From Neoechinorhynchus agilis (taxonomy: Eukaryota > Animalia > Acanthocephala), in contig CM121341.1 of assembly GCA_051530055.1 (NCBI GenBank), positions 496,001-560,000 of the forward strand: a stretch of 64,000 nucleotides of DNA, read 5' to 3'. The notes beneath the pieces are model-generated. The model was not told the DNA's origin, searched no databases, and worked only from the letters and a program-made list of their open reading frames with translations. Position numbers and translations under genes: made by a program. The first letter of the stretch is position 1; every line of letters starts with the position of its first letter. Shown here piece after piece: positions 21,831 through 35,100 of this stretch.

Positions 21831-24700
21831 AAAATTTAAATGAACCGTCGGATATTGCGAAGCTAATAAAATCAAAATGGGAGAAAGAGGAGAGCCTCGG
21901 AGGACACCGGCGAGAGGATAGTAGAGGGTTATGGTGGTGTCAATCTCATAACAAAAAGATTCGGTAAAAAGAATGTAATGGATCCTCATGATTAAATTAT
22001 GCGGGACGCTGAAATAGTCCAAAAATTTTATTACAAAAGAGAGCGAGATCTTATGAAAGGCTCAGGAAAGGTCGACAGCTAAAATGGCTCGAATGGCCAG
22101 GTGGGAATAACCGTATCTATAGTTGAGATTTGCCTTCCTGAAATCCATGGCAGTTGGGTGAGACGCAATTACGTCCGCCGATGAAGGAACGCAAACCGTT
22201 TGTAAGGGCGCGTTCGTATATGGTCACGAAGGAGTTCCGCAAGGATATAGGGCGTAGATCATTTGGCTGCTTGTTCGCTTTCTTGCCAGCAATATGCGAC
22301 GAGAGATATTGATCTCTCTCCATGCAAACGGCGAACATCTAAGCATCACATTTTTTATTTATTTATTATCAAAGGCCACATACACTCATTGGTCTTGCGA
22401 CATCTTCTTTGATAGCTTCGGCTATATTTCTTTTTTTGAGCCTTTCGACTAACTTGCACACAACGGAAGCGCTTAGCCGCACTCGAAGGAACAGGGCCAA
22501 CCCCCTTTGGGGCCGATGGGCGATCTCAAAACCTGACCCCACCCCTTCCAGCAGCCTCGCACACCCGTGGAACCCAGCGACCGGTGGCGTTGAACCAGCT
22601 ACATATCAAGCGCATTATGAACACGCATACCACACGGCCACTGGGCCCCAAGCATCACATTGGCCAAGTGTACGATGCAGTCGCCCGGTAGAAAATTAAA
22701 CACTTTAGTGCCCAAACTGGAATTTTATGACGCAAGTCTAGGACTGCCGATCCATACCTTGATGATATCTTCAGGAGCCAGATCAAACCTATTAGCTAAG
22801 ATTCTTCTAAAAACTACACGAGTTAACTCGTCCTTCAACGAGCCTACAGCGTGGAATTTAAAGATTTCGTCCAAAATGTGATCTATGGTTGAAGTAGACA
22901 GTCACGCAGTAATTTTAGATTCCCAAGGAATAAACTTTTTTCTTTGGAAGGCGTGCCACCATCTAGAGGAGAAAGGTGTAAGGTTTCCCATGAGAGCATC
23001 GTCGTTCTGTTGCTGCTGGCGGCATCGAGCTGCCCAGAATTGCTTGGAAAGGACACTGGCGAGGGCTCCGTCATCGGAACGCTTAGCGAGGAAAAGTTGA
23101 CGTCCAAGGAAGCGTAGAGAGCGACTCTCGTAGGGACGATTAAACACCCTCACCGTACGTTGGAGAAAAAGGTTCGTTACGGTGTTCAGGGCGGAATTGA
23201 TTAAAGGTAGCGCGTACGATGGATCGATGTGATAAGTAAATCCTGCTAGGAAGCGTTTACTGACTAGACGGAAAAAGGCAACGTTAAGTGGCGAAAAATG
23301 GTATGATTTGCGCAGCTCATCGTTGAGACCAGAGGACTATATTAATATATCGTAACCCGAGAGGTCAAACGAAGAGACTTGACGATCGTTCTGGATCGAA
23401 AAATTGAGATATCGTCTATAGATGACCCGGTCGAGGAAGGAATGTTGATTGGACGATAGATTGTGGAAGGCAGGTGTTTCAGGTATAGCGAGGGCGAAGA
23501 AAGACCACTGAATTTGCGATAGCTTTAGTCCACTTCAATGACGGGTTTCCATTTAACTCGGTCCTTAATACAAGGCCGATGGATAAAATATGGTCGTGTG
23601 TACAAATTGATAAAAGTAATATATTTACAATTAATTAGTATTTTAAAAAGCGAGTAAGACATTTCCGATGAAGTGAAGGAAGATATGAGTACTGGATCGA
23701 GGGAGGCTTTAAAAATGGAAGCAAGATCTTTAGACGCGACATTAGCAGATGGTGTCACGAAGGCTACATATTCCGCTGAATCAACCTGATCCGTAGATGA
23801 GAACACAGAGAATCTAAATTGCAGATACTTTTCGTTTTCTGAATTAGGACTATAGACACTCCGGATAGAAAACGCGCGAGCTTCCTGAGATTAGTCGCCC
23901 CACCACAGTTACATTGAAACATCCGAAGATTCCCCACCAATACTTGAGAGGAGCCATCAGTGTTTCCTGGCTGAGGCATTCTTGATTAGATCCACTGTGC
24001 CTTTGTTGATCAAATTCGTTTGGGTGGCGATGATAGCGGAGACAAACTCGTTGTCCGATTCCTCGACTTCCGTGCGATAGTCATCGTTGTCCTCCGCCGC
24101 TACATCGTTAAGCTTCTTCATTTTCGTGTATCTCATGTCTTCCTTTGTGGGTCTTTTAGAAGAATAGGTTTTTTGGATTGGGGCACCTGAAGCAAGAAGG
24201 TCAGGAAGCTTGAATATATTGTCAAAGAGCTTGCAAATCTTGCTCTCGAAGGTTGCGATCGATTCAGAGAAACGAGCTTGTATGATAGCCAAAAGTTTGT
24301 TACATGTCTCATCCATCAACATTTACTGCTTGTGATGAGGTAGGGGGCTCTTATGAAACCTGTCCAGAGAATCAACAGTGGCAGGTTGCTAAGTTCGTTG
24401 AACGTGCGTAATCCTTTAAACCTGACTCTTTTGGAACCACGTCCAGTTTTTCTTGAAGTGTGAACACCCGCGGTAAAAAACAGAGTGCTTTCCGCTACAA
24501 TTGGAACAATATTTGTTGTTGCCTTTGTTGGGCATTTATCCGCCGAGTGATCGGTTTATGAGCAATCGGTGCATTTGGTGCTCTTTGGATTTGGGCATTG
24601 TTATGGGAAAGTTTCCGAGATTTCGGAATTAGCGATGACCGCGAATGAAATTAAAGATTCCGATCTCATAAATATTCTTCATAAGACAGCAAGCTACGAG
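21830..24700 (-). mobile_element. Decayed APE-type LINE relics (RT pieces and ORF1 zinc knuckles)
   Basis: GVLRGSPLSP, LRPISLRNSFVTIYE...HGFQEGKS, and CSNCSGKHSVFYRGC-type knuckles at ~24450-24600. Probably more than one element. Confidence 0.7.
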
Positions 24701-25309
24701 GAAAACTAACCGCTAATCGACATTATCAGTACAATAGGAAATAAGATTGTTGAAATATTTAATACCCAACCTCTAGAAATGTCCTTTTTTACATGGAAGA
24801 TGAATCAGGATCACAATTGAAGAAAAAATTACCAAACGAATCCATTTTAAAAAAAATCAACAAAGCTGTCAGTTTAAATGAACTTGAGCACCGAGAAACT
24901 ATGCGATCGTCTTAAAAGTATCTTGGACGAGAAGTTCACCGCTCGTAACCACGCGGTGCTAAAGCCGATATTCAGCGCGATGATTAAACGTGAAATAGCG
25001 CCGAGTAAAATTATCTCAATAACAATTTGATGGACAATCTTACTCAAGCTACTATAATTCCTCTAAATTTTGAACGCAAGGGTCAGATCGAAAAATTGAC
25101 GAGGAAAATAAATCGTACGACGGCTGATATTGATGAAGACAAGTTTGAATCTCGAAAACGAGTAGTGGTACGTAGAAATAAAACCGAAAGAAAAATGTTG
25201 GCGACGAAAACAACGGAACAGCAAAAAATGAAAGGTTTTTGAGTTCCCGAACATTGCAAGTAGCGAACCTGTCAACCCGAGCCTATTAGAAAAACATAGG
25301 AATGACAAT

Positions 25310-25410
25310 AATCAAAACTATATTTAGATGATTGAGAAGGCGAGGTTTCCTCGCGAAATATTTCAGAAGAATAAAATGATTTTTTACCTGGAGTATCTTC
25401 ACCACAAGTC
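25310..25410 (+). mobile_element. Diverged solo Penelope pLTR with degenerate hammerhead
   Basis: tttagatga TTGAGAAG GCGAGG ttt CCTCGC GAAA TAT followed by ggagtatcttcacca. Homologous to 17222-17315 and 54155-54245. Confidence 0.7.
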
Positions 25411-25751
25411 AAAGTTAAACCTCACGATGGATTCTCTCGATATGAGTCTAAAATGCGTTTTATTATGTGGAACGTAGGTAATGCTCCGACGATATCATAA
25501 CGTAAAGCCAATGAATTAATATGTCGACGTAATACGATCGACACTAAAAAAATAAAACCGTACTTCTTCCGTATTTAAAAAGCTTTTTTCTCAACGTCTA
25601 ATTTAGTGCGCGCTTCATTTCACCGTTTTTATAGTACAGCGTCGATGTGTTCTTCTAAGTGACATAAAGTGAGTGCGAGCATTTCTACTTTTTATACTGA
25701 GAATTGATCCAGGTTCAATTAAAAAAGTAATTAATCTTTCAATTTTTTCAC

Positions 25752-26936
25752 CGGCAAGGCAAGGTCTACTAGCGCCCAAATGCCCAATCCCCCAGATGAC
25801 ACAGGCAATGAAGCTTGTTGCCACGCCTCATCTGAGAGCTGGACATTTAAAATACGCTCGAGACAAGCCTTCACCTTGCCGTCGAGCTTAGCCAATCCTT
25901 CCTTATGTTTGAAAAATGTTGCTGTGTGAACCTTGTACAATAATTTGGGGATGAAGAGCGCGTTCTTTATGAGAAACAAGGCTTCATGAGCCGAGAGAGC
26001 GCACACCCTATCGCACAGCAACGAAAGTTTCGGTATGATATGGCCGATCTCATCTTCCACATTGTAATCGAAGACGCAACTGCCCAGGTGGCTGAGTTGC
26101 TCCCGAGTCACGAGTTTCAGACCTGGAGCCACGGCCTCGAACCCAGCCATTAGTTCTTTGACTTTAGCGGCGTCTCCAATATTCAGTACAAGGAGCTCAC
26201 ATTTTCCAGCATTAAGCTCAATGCCCATCTTCGAGGTCTCCCTAATCAGCGTCTCCAGATCGCGCAGTACAACGGAGGGATCATCTCCGAGCGTAGCGTC
26301 ATCCAAGTAACAAGCGTTGAAGCTGGAATGGAGAGAATGCGCTATTGGATTTACTGTTAGGGAGAATGCGATTGGACCGAGGGGATCTCCTTGCTGCACT
26401 CCTCTTTCGGACCAAATGAGGTGGTCTTCGAAAAGCAAAGGAGTCGCCGTCCCTTAGGCATTGAGAAAATACTAGAAAGCTTCTGGGCATGATCTCTAAT
26501 TTCGCAGCACGCACGGCTCTGAGCTTCCCGTAGCAAAGGGACGCCGCGTGTGTGGATACCCTCGCAGCCAGCAACATCCGTTACTCCCTCGAAATCGCCG
26601 GTGGTGCCGCCAGTGCAGCGGAAGGGAGGAAAATACCGAAATATATTCAGTTATCGAGGGCTCACTATTTTGTCCCCTTTGGGGTAGAGACGTATGGAGC
26701 GCTCGGCAGCTCGGCATTCTCTCTGCTCCAGGATATCTCGAAGAAATTGAGAGGCAGCCGGAGACTCAAGAGCAGGTGTATTCCTTCGACAAAATATCTC
26801 GCTAGCAGTACAACGGGGCAATGCTGCCAGCATGATGGCGACGGTAGAGGAAGGACAAAAGCTGGAATTCGGCGGGAGTTGGTGAGTGTGTTAATTGTCG
26901 AGAAATGAAGATTGATTGAATACATTTGTAAACAGT
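25752..26936. mobile_element. CRE-clade retrotransposon fragment with 5' inversion: RT on minus (25752-26537), endonuclease and 3' end on plus (26540-26936)
   Basis: Minus: GVQQGDPLGPIAFSL...YLDDATL, nearly identical to 55980-56680. Plus: DTLAASN...FVPFGVETYG, homologous to 57295-57650. Confidence 0.9.
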
Positions 26937-27439
26937 CAATCATCCTCGTGTTTTATTGAGATTAAAAGATTCTATGGAAACAATTGTTTCCGTAAGGAAT
27001 GTAAAAAAAATTTTCACGGAATTACGGTAAAATTTTTAAATGCGGAAATCATTAAATCCCCTTATTGTTTCTTTGGCTTTCAAAATTCTATTCATTTTAA
27101 TCTTTCTGAGCCTTTTCGTGCGCTGCGATTTGTTGAGTTCGCTTTGGATTTAAACGCTTGGTTTCTCTTTTGATTGTCTTCGAATCAAGTATTCTACTGA
27201 GTTTCATTGGAATCTTCAATATGCCACAAGGCATTCATTAGCGTTTTCTGTTTGTTCTTAAGTCCTTTATGATGGTAGCTTGTCATTAGGCAAACCTTCG
27301 TCCCGGTAAAAAATTGTAGTACCCTCGCATTCCTTTCTAAGGCAAGGTAGTGTCGAAGTTTTTCATCGAATAACAATGCTCTGAAATCCGTCAAGATATC
27401 GTCCAATAATTCACCTATTGAGAAATCAAACTGCTCATG

Positions 27440-28420
27440 ATTGTTGTGTGGTGGCGACAATTATTTTGTAAATTTATTGAATCGATATTTCGGCTCAATT
27501 CAGTGCCTTTATCAAGATCTGAAAGGTCAGGATAACATTTACACGACTCTCATCTGTAAACCGTGATCCGCTTTGTTGCCTTCCACCGTTTTTAATTTTC
27601 GAATTATTATGGCACTGCGAATCATGATTTTGGTTTTATCAAAATCCATAAGGTGCCCATGATGGGCAAAATGATTGAGCACGGCAGAACTTCTATCAGT
27701 TCCCCTTTGAGTGCGTATTGATGCTCTTTAATTTTTAGGACTATATCGTTCGTCTGCTCAACGTAAGAACAATCACAGCTGATGCACGGAATTTTGTATA
27801 CCACACCTTTGGTCGCATCCTGACATCTCTTGTGTCCGACCCATGATCCTAAGGTGTTCTTCGTGCATATTGTGATGTCCTTGTCCTTTGGCGTTGTCAT
27901 CTTGATGATCCTCTTCAAATCACCGTTTATCGCTTCGTTGACATTGGGGATGCTAATGTGAATTCTAGATTTGTCCGTTATTCTTTTTGTTTTGCTCCTA
28001 GCCCACATGCTATATCTTCTAATCATGTTCGCTGGATATCCCCTGGTTTTAAGGATCATGTTTAGATGATTCAACTCTTTATTTAAACATTCGCTTGTTG
28101 AACAATACATGTAAGCCCTCGAATAAAGTGATCTCATGATGCTTATCTTGTCATTGATTGGTGACATCGTGTTGAAAGGAGCGATATTGGTAATAATCCG
28201 GACTTTCCGATAGACTCTGGTTGCAAAGATATCAGTTCGCTCAATTTCGATATCCAAGAAAGCAAACTTATGATCCTTTTCGGCATCTGCTGTCCGCTGT
28301 ACATTTGTATCCTTTGAATTGAGAATATAGGTAAAAACATCGACATCAACATCTTCATCAATCAAAATAAACGTGTCGTCAACATACCGCTGCCACATTA
28401 ATAATTCATCGATACCTTCT
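27440..28420 (-). mobile_element. 5'-truncated Penelope-like element (RT C-terminus plus GIY-YIG) with degenerate hammerhead at 27481-27518
   Basis: WQRYVDDTF, FAFLDIEI, VYRK, GVVYKIPCISCDCSYVEQT...EHQYA. The 3' motif reads atc TTGATAA A GGC...GCC GAAA TA TC gat. Confidence 0.92.
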
Positions 28421-28429
28421 TTTGTTTTC

Positions 28430-30545
28430 TTAGAATGCTCTGCTTTTCTTGGCATTGGATGTTTCCCAAAACTCTTTAGCCTCCACGATAGCGCCTTTTC
28501 CGTAAAACGTTTTCGTGCCTATAGCAAATTTCGTTTATTCCCGCAAATTGTCCCGGAATGAAATGTTTGCAGGATATGCCGTCGTCGGCATAAGCATGTG
28601 TCCGTACATTGGTTTCGCATTGTATTTCCCATCTTACGTGGCAATTGGCCGTGATTTGTTTAAGGTGATTCTTGCCTTGCCGCCGTAGGACACATTCACT
28701 TTACAGTCGGCCCTCTTTGATTTCTTGAATGAATCAAGCTTCCTTGCTCAACCCTTGCCATCCGTGACATTTCCTATTTTTGCTTATGCAGTATAAGGGC
28801 CATCGCCGCCTGTATTGGTGGGACAGGTAGTGGCTCCATCTAGGCGCGGCAATTGCAGATTCGTTAAGTGCATTTGCACTTTCCTCTACCAGATCACTGA
28901 TTATCTCAGCCCTCTGTCTGGGCGAGAACAACTTAATGCTGTTTGTATTTGACACTCTTCTAATGAGTTCCTGTGACATCCTGTATTTAGCGCAGACCAG
29001 CTCGAGAGTGCGGTCCCTGCTCTTTGCAAAGCCACGCTTGTTGTGGGTCAGCAGGAAGAGTTCTGCCTTCCTTCGATTTTCTTCTACTTGTGCAGGATCT
29101 ATTTCCTTGAAACTGAGGTTTTGGGGCTGACTCATGTCGAGACCAGCCGCTATAAGCTGTTCTCTTATATCGCAGCAGTACTCCTCATCCACCCGATGTC
29201 TCAAAATCCCTACGTAGGCTCGGGCCTTCCTATCCTCTTGAAACAACCTCTGCCAGGCGATCAAACATTTCCCAATATTCGTTCTACAATTTCATCACGT
29301 CTGACTCTCCGTGGGCTGGGACATCCGTCAGCAGCTTTTCTAGTTCTCCTTTCTGCTTGAGCTTGGGTTCTTTGAGCTCAAGCCTACCCTTCAATCTGAG
29401 CCATTCTTTTATCTGGTATGCAGAATCGCACTTCAGTTCTTGAGAGGCTAATTTGTGCGACTAACCCTGAGCATCTTGCAGGCACATGAACCAATTTATT
29501 GTTTCGACCGCTATCATGCGATAGAATTTTGGATCCATACCCTATCTTAGCATATTAACCACTTGGCTTGCCACTGCAGTAATCATGCCTTCTATATTTC
29601 GCACTGACTCTTTGTACCAATTTTCGGAGCAGTAAGTTGCGATGATTGGAGGCAAGGGGCTCCTCGCAATGGGCTCGTCCCTAGCACACATAAGTTGCAA
29701 AACTCATTCCTTCAGCCAACAGCAGTTTCGCTCTTTTGCCTTCATGAACAGATATTTCAACTATATGCTCACGTAGGCCACTGTGGTCACCCAAACTCCA
29801 GTGAACACCACTTCATCGTCACCAGACTTAACCTTGTCACTGAATGGTATTCTTAATCCTGTCACCTCAGCTAAATTGGTTAGAATGTGGTCATATCAGC
29901 GTCGCGTGCATGTAATGAGCCCTGCAAACACTCTCGCTTGCTCCGCAGACGAATCTTCTGAGGAATGTGCGAACCTTCAGCAGTAGCTTTTAGCCAGCTC
30001 CTCCGGTTTGCTCGCCTTAGCCACATAGTGCTGATTGTACGAACTGAAGTTGTATGAAACTGCCCATCCATGGGGCCGCTTCCGATGTTTTCCTGCCCAA
30101 GTCAACACGTCTTCTGGCTGTTGGGAAATTCAAATTCCGTGATCCGGATAAGCCCTCTCCATGTTGCCAGTCGCATGTGCACTGATAAAGGAGTGTATGT
30201 CATTAGATGCGTGTACAGGTTCCTATTCTTATGACCTGGTTCATGCTACGTAAAAGTCCTCACTATAGTATATGCTGACTACCCAAAAACCTCCCAGCAC
30301 ACCTTCAAGCTTTAACATCTCCACTGTCACCTTGCTCATTTCGTTGTCAGTTGTAATCGATTTGGCGCATCTTTTCAGGAACACGCAGGAGAAATCAATA
30401 TTGTGATTGTTCATGAATCTTGTGCACAGTTGCTTAGTCAGATGGTTTCGAGTATAATAATAACACGTTTTCATTACCACACACCCAAACAAGCACGGGA
30501 ACCATGTATCTTTGGAACTAGTCTCCGCATGTGCATGAGCCTTTC
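28430..30545 (-). other. Endogenous viral element: decayed RdRp of a toti-like dsRNA virus (Ghabrivirales-like)
   Basis: Manual translation of 30540-29225 keeps one frame with ~12 stops: HASNDIHSFISAHAT..MERAY..GI.I.QQPEDVLTW, motif A SYNFSSYNQH (30030-30060), RVFAGL, motif C SGDD (29815-29826), LQLM...PLPPIIATYCSENWY (29614-29655). It continues after a frameshift as ORF 28734-29264. Confidence 0.78.
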
Positions 30546-30552
30546 CTCCGAT

Positions 30553-32175
30553 TCAGGCCGTAGACTCATGGGTTGATTGTGCGATGGCAAACAATGATTT
30601 TTTATTTAGTGTGGTGCGAGGGAGAGGCGGCTTGAATCGGTTCGGGCATCGTGTGTTTCGGACGGGTTCCCTTGGCGAGATGAACGGGAGAAATTTAGAT
30701 GGAAGGGAACGCAGGGAGGTAATGTATTTATCGAAGATTTTGGAAAGATGTTCTTCGATTGGTGGGAGGTCCTTGGAGCAAATTTTCCAGGCTCGTTTAT
30801 TTAGAGAGGAGAGCAAGCGCAGTTGATGGATAAATTGCAAAAGGTTGGGTATGCATATGAGATTGCGGGGACCACAACGGACCAATAGAAATGTGCTAGA
30901 TCGCGTGGGCTGACTCCGAGGAAATGCAAGCGCTTGATAAAATACAATTTAGCAGTGGCTTTTGCTACGACGCCATTAATTTGGATGTCCCATTTGAGGT
31001 TGTGTTGGAAGATTAAGCCCAGAATCCGAAGCGATGTGACGCGTTGGATATCGAGAGGGAACGGTGGAATATCAGTCCTAGGTTTTCGAAGCGACGGAAT
31101 AAGTTCATATGATTTGGAGAAATTAATTGAGAGTTGATGGGTGGTGCAAAAATCTTTAAGATTTTCAATCTCTGCGGACGTGAGGCTGAGCGAGAGTGAT
31201 GGAGGAGCATGGGTTATGATGGTTAGGTCGTCCGCATAAAGGAAATATTTAGCGGACGTTGAGAGGGGTGTAAGGTCGTTGAGGAAGATATCGAAAAGTA
31301 AGGGCGATAGTATAGCTCCTTGTGGTACATCCCAATGTATGGGAAGCTTCGTTGAGCAGGTATTTCCCCATTGAAAATATTGCGACCGGTTTGCGAGGAA
31401 AGAAGTGAGCCAGCTTATTTGCCAGGGTAAGAAGCCAAATTTCTCGCAGGCCTTAACGAGAAGATCGTGATCTACAGAGTCAAAGGCCTTGGCAAGATCC
31501 ACCTCGATGATGCGACAAACGAAAGACGGTTCTTGGTCAAGATTGCACAGAATCGAATCGTAAATGCCCAAGAGGGCGTCGGTACATCAGAATCCTGGTC
31601 GGAAGTCGAATTGGTTAGACGAAATGTTTTGTGAAAAGATGGGGAGGATGCGAGTTTTAAAACATTTTTCAAAATTTTTAGGAAACGGCAGGAGTAGAGA
31701 TATAGGGCGAAAGGAAGTCGGCAAAACCAGTCTCCCCGCCTTAGGGATAGGAATGACGAGAGCAGTCCTCAGGCAATCTGGAAAAAAACCCGTTTGAAAG
31801 CTAGAATTGATGATATGAGCTAGAGACTCAAAGATCAAGGAAATGATGAATCGGAGCGTTAGGGGATGATGTACGTGGTAGTTTTTGAGCAGCAGGAAAA
31901 CCGCAAGGATGGAGACGCGTGAATGATGAACGCAGGACCTATGGTTGCGATCGTCGCAGGGGCGTACGACGGTTGTGTCAGTGGAAGATCTGGGAGGGCA
32001 CATGGTAGCGTTCATCGAGTTGAGGGTGTTTCCGAGCTGAAATTTATTCAGGTTGACGAAAGGCTGAGATCTGTGAAGGCCTATGGCATTTTTGATCTCG
32101 CTCCACCAGGAACGATCAGGGATGACGGTAGTTTGGAAAAAGGAAGGTTTTGCGCGCGTGAAGAAGGCGCTCAGT
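30553..32175 (-). mobile_element. L2/CR1-like LINE (RT), 5' side cut by the satellite
   Basis: HIINSSFQTGFFPDCLRTALVIPIPK...FRPISLL, DLAKAFDSVDH, VPQGAILSPLLFDIFLND, YFLYADDLT, LRILGLIFQHNLKW. Confidence 0.92.
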
Positions 32176-32180
32176 GAATA

Positions 32181-35100
32181 TGGAAGAAAGGAAGCTTTTG
32201 CAGGCAACAAGTATTTTGTGAGTTAGTGCATTTTGTAGGTGAGCGATAGGCTGATAGAGAAGGCAGAACGGCAGTGCCGCCTAAACGAATTTTGGAAGAA
32301 AGGAGGCTTTTGCGGGCAACAAGTATTTTGTGAGTTAGTCCATTTTGTAGGTGAGCGATAGGCTGATAGAGAAAGCAGAACGGCAGTGCCATCTAATCGA
32401 ATTTTGGAAGAAAGGAGGCTTTTGCAAGAAACAAGTATTTTGTTAGTTAGGGCATTTTGTAGGTGAGCGAAAGGCTGATGGAGAAAGCAGAACGGCAGTG
32501 CCACCTAAACGGATTTTTGAAGAAAGGAAGCTTTTGCAGGCAACAAGTATTTTGTGAGTTAGTGCATTTTGTAGGTGAGCGAAAGGCTGATAGAGAAAGC
32601 AGAACGGCAGTGCAACCAAAACGAATTTTGGAAGAAAAGAAGCTTTTGAAGGCAACAAGTATTTTGTGAGTTAGTGCATTTTGTAGGTGAGCGATAGGCT
32701 GATAGAGAAGGCAGAACGGCAGTGCCACTCTAAACGACTTTTTGGAAGAAAGGAAGCTTTTGCGGGCAACAAGTATTTTGTGAGTTAGTGCATTTTGTAG
32801 GTGAGCGAAAGGCTGATAGCGGAGGCAGAACGGCAGTGCCACCTAAACGCATTTTGGAAGAAAGGAAGCTTTTGCAGGCAACAAGTATTTTGTGAGTTAG
32901 TGCATTTTGTAGGTGAGCGATAGGCCGATAGAAGAGGCAGAACGACAGTGCCACCTAAACGAATTTATGAAGAAAGGAAGCTTTTGCAGGCAACAAGTAT
33001 TTTGTGAGTTAGTGCATTTTGTAGGTGAGCGACAGGCTGATAGAGGAGGCAGAACGGCAGTGCCACTAAACGGATTTTTGAAGAAAGGAAGCTTTTGCAG
33101 GCAACAAGTATTTTGTGAGTTAGTGCATTTTGTAGGTGAGCGATAGGCTGATAGAGAAGGCAGAACGGCAGTGCCACCTAAACGACTTTTGGAAGAAAGG
33201 AAGCTTTTGCGGGCAACAAGTATTTTGTGAGTTAGTCCATTTTGTAGGTGAGCGATAGGCTGATAGAGAAAGCAGAACGGCAGTGCCATCTAATCGAATT
33301 TTGGAAGAAAGGAGGCTTTTGCAAGAAACAAGTATTTTGTTAGTTAGGGCATTTTGTAGGTGAGCGATAGGCTGATATAGAAAGCAGAACGGCAGTGCCA
33401 CCTAAACGGATTTTTGAAGAAAGGAAGCTTTTGCAGGCAACAAGTATTTTGTGAGTTAGTGCATTTTGGGTGAGCGATAGGCTGATAGAGAAAGCAGAAC
33501 GGCAGTGCCACCTAAACGGATTTTTGAAGAAAGGGAAGCTTTGCAGGCAACAAGTATTTTGTGAGTTAGTGCATTTTGTAGGTGAGCGATAGGCTGATAG
33601 AGAAGGCAGAACGGCAGTGCCACCTAAACGACTTTTGGAAGAAAGGAAGCTTTTGCGGGCAACAAGTATTTTGTGAGTTAGTGCATTTTGTAGGTGAGCG
33701 ATAGGCTGATAGAGAAGGCAGAACGGCAGTGCCACCTAAACGACTTTTGGAAGAAAGGAAGCTTTTGCGGGCAACAAGTATTTTGTGAGTTAGTGCATTT
33801 TGTAGGTGAGCGATAGGCTGATAGAGAAAGCAGAACGGCAGTGCCACCTAAACGAATTTTGGAAGAAAGCAAGCTTTTGCAAGAAACAAGCATCTTGTTA
33901 GTTAGGGCATTTTGTAGGTGAGCGATAGGCTGATATAGAAAGCAGAACGGCAGTGCCACCTAAACGCATTTTTGAAGAAAGGAAGCTTTTGCAGGCAACA
34001 AGTATTTTGTGAGTTAGTGCATTTTGTAGGTGAGCGATAGGCTGATAGAGAAGGCAGAACGGCAGTGCCACCTAAACGACTTTTGGAAGAAAGGAAGCTT
34101 TTGCGGGCAACAAGTATTTTGTGAGTTAGTGCATTTTGTAGGTGAGCGATAGGCTGATAGAGAAAGCAGAACGGCAGTGCCACCTAAACGGATTTTTGAA
34201 GAAAGGAAGCTTTTGCAGGCAACAAGTATTTTGTGAGTTAGTGCATTTTGTAGGTGAGCGATAGGCTGATGGAGAAGGCAGAACGGCAGTGCCACCTAAA
34301 CGACTTTTGGAAGAAAGGAAGCTTTTGCGGGCAACAAGTATTTTGTGAGTTAGTGCATTTTGTAGGTGAGCGATAGGCTGATAGAGAAAGCAGAACGGCA
34401 GTGCCACCTAAACGGATTTTTGAAGAAAGGAAGCTTTTGCAGGCAACAAGTATTTTGTGAGTTAGTGCATTTTGTAGGTGAGCGATAGGCTGATGGAGAA
34501 GGCAGAACGGCAGTGCCACCTAAACGACTTTTGGAAGAAAGGAAGCTTTTGCGGGCAACAAGTATTTTGTGAGTTAGTGCATTTTGTAGGTGAGCGATAG
34601 GCTGATGGAGAAGGCAGAACGGCAGTGCCACCTAAACGGATTTTTGAAGAAAGGAAGTTTTTTGCAGGCAACAAGTATTTTGTGAGTTAGTGCATTTTGT
34701 AGGTGAGCGAAAGGCTGATGGAGAAGGCAGAATCGCAGTGCCACCTAAACGGATTTTGGAAGAAAGGAAGCTTTTGCAGGCAACAAGTATTTTGTGAGTT
34801 AGTGCATTTTGTAGGTGAGCGAAAGGCTGATGGAGAAGGCAGAACGGCAGTGCCACATAAACGAATTTTGGAAGAAAGGAAGCTTTTGCAGGCAACAAGT
34901 ATTTTGTGAGTTAGTGCATTTTGTAAGTGAGCGATAGGCTGTTAGAGAAGGCAGAACGGCAGTGCCACCTAAACGGATTTTGGAAGAAAGGAAGCTTTTG
35001 CAGGCAACAAGTATTTTGTGAGTTAGTGCATTTTGTAGGTGAGCGATAGGCTGTTAGAGAAGGCAGAACGGCAGTGCAACATAAACGAATTTTGGAAGAA

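Noticed and set aside
28734-29264. Independent 176-aa host gene
   Set aside because: It starts at a TTG and continues the viral reading frame after a one-base shift, so it is better explained as the EVE C-terminal part.
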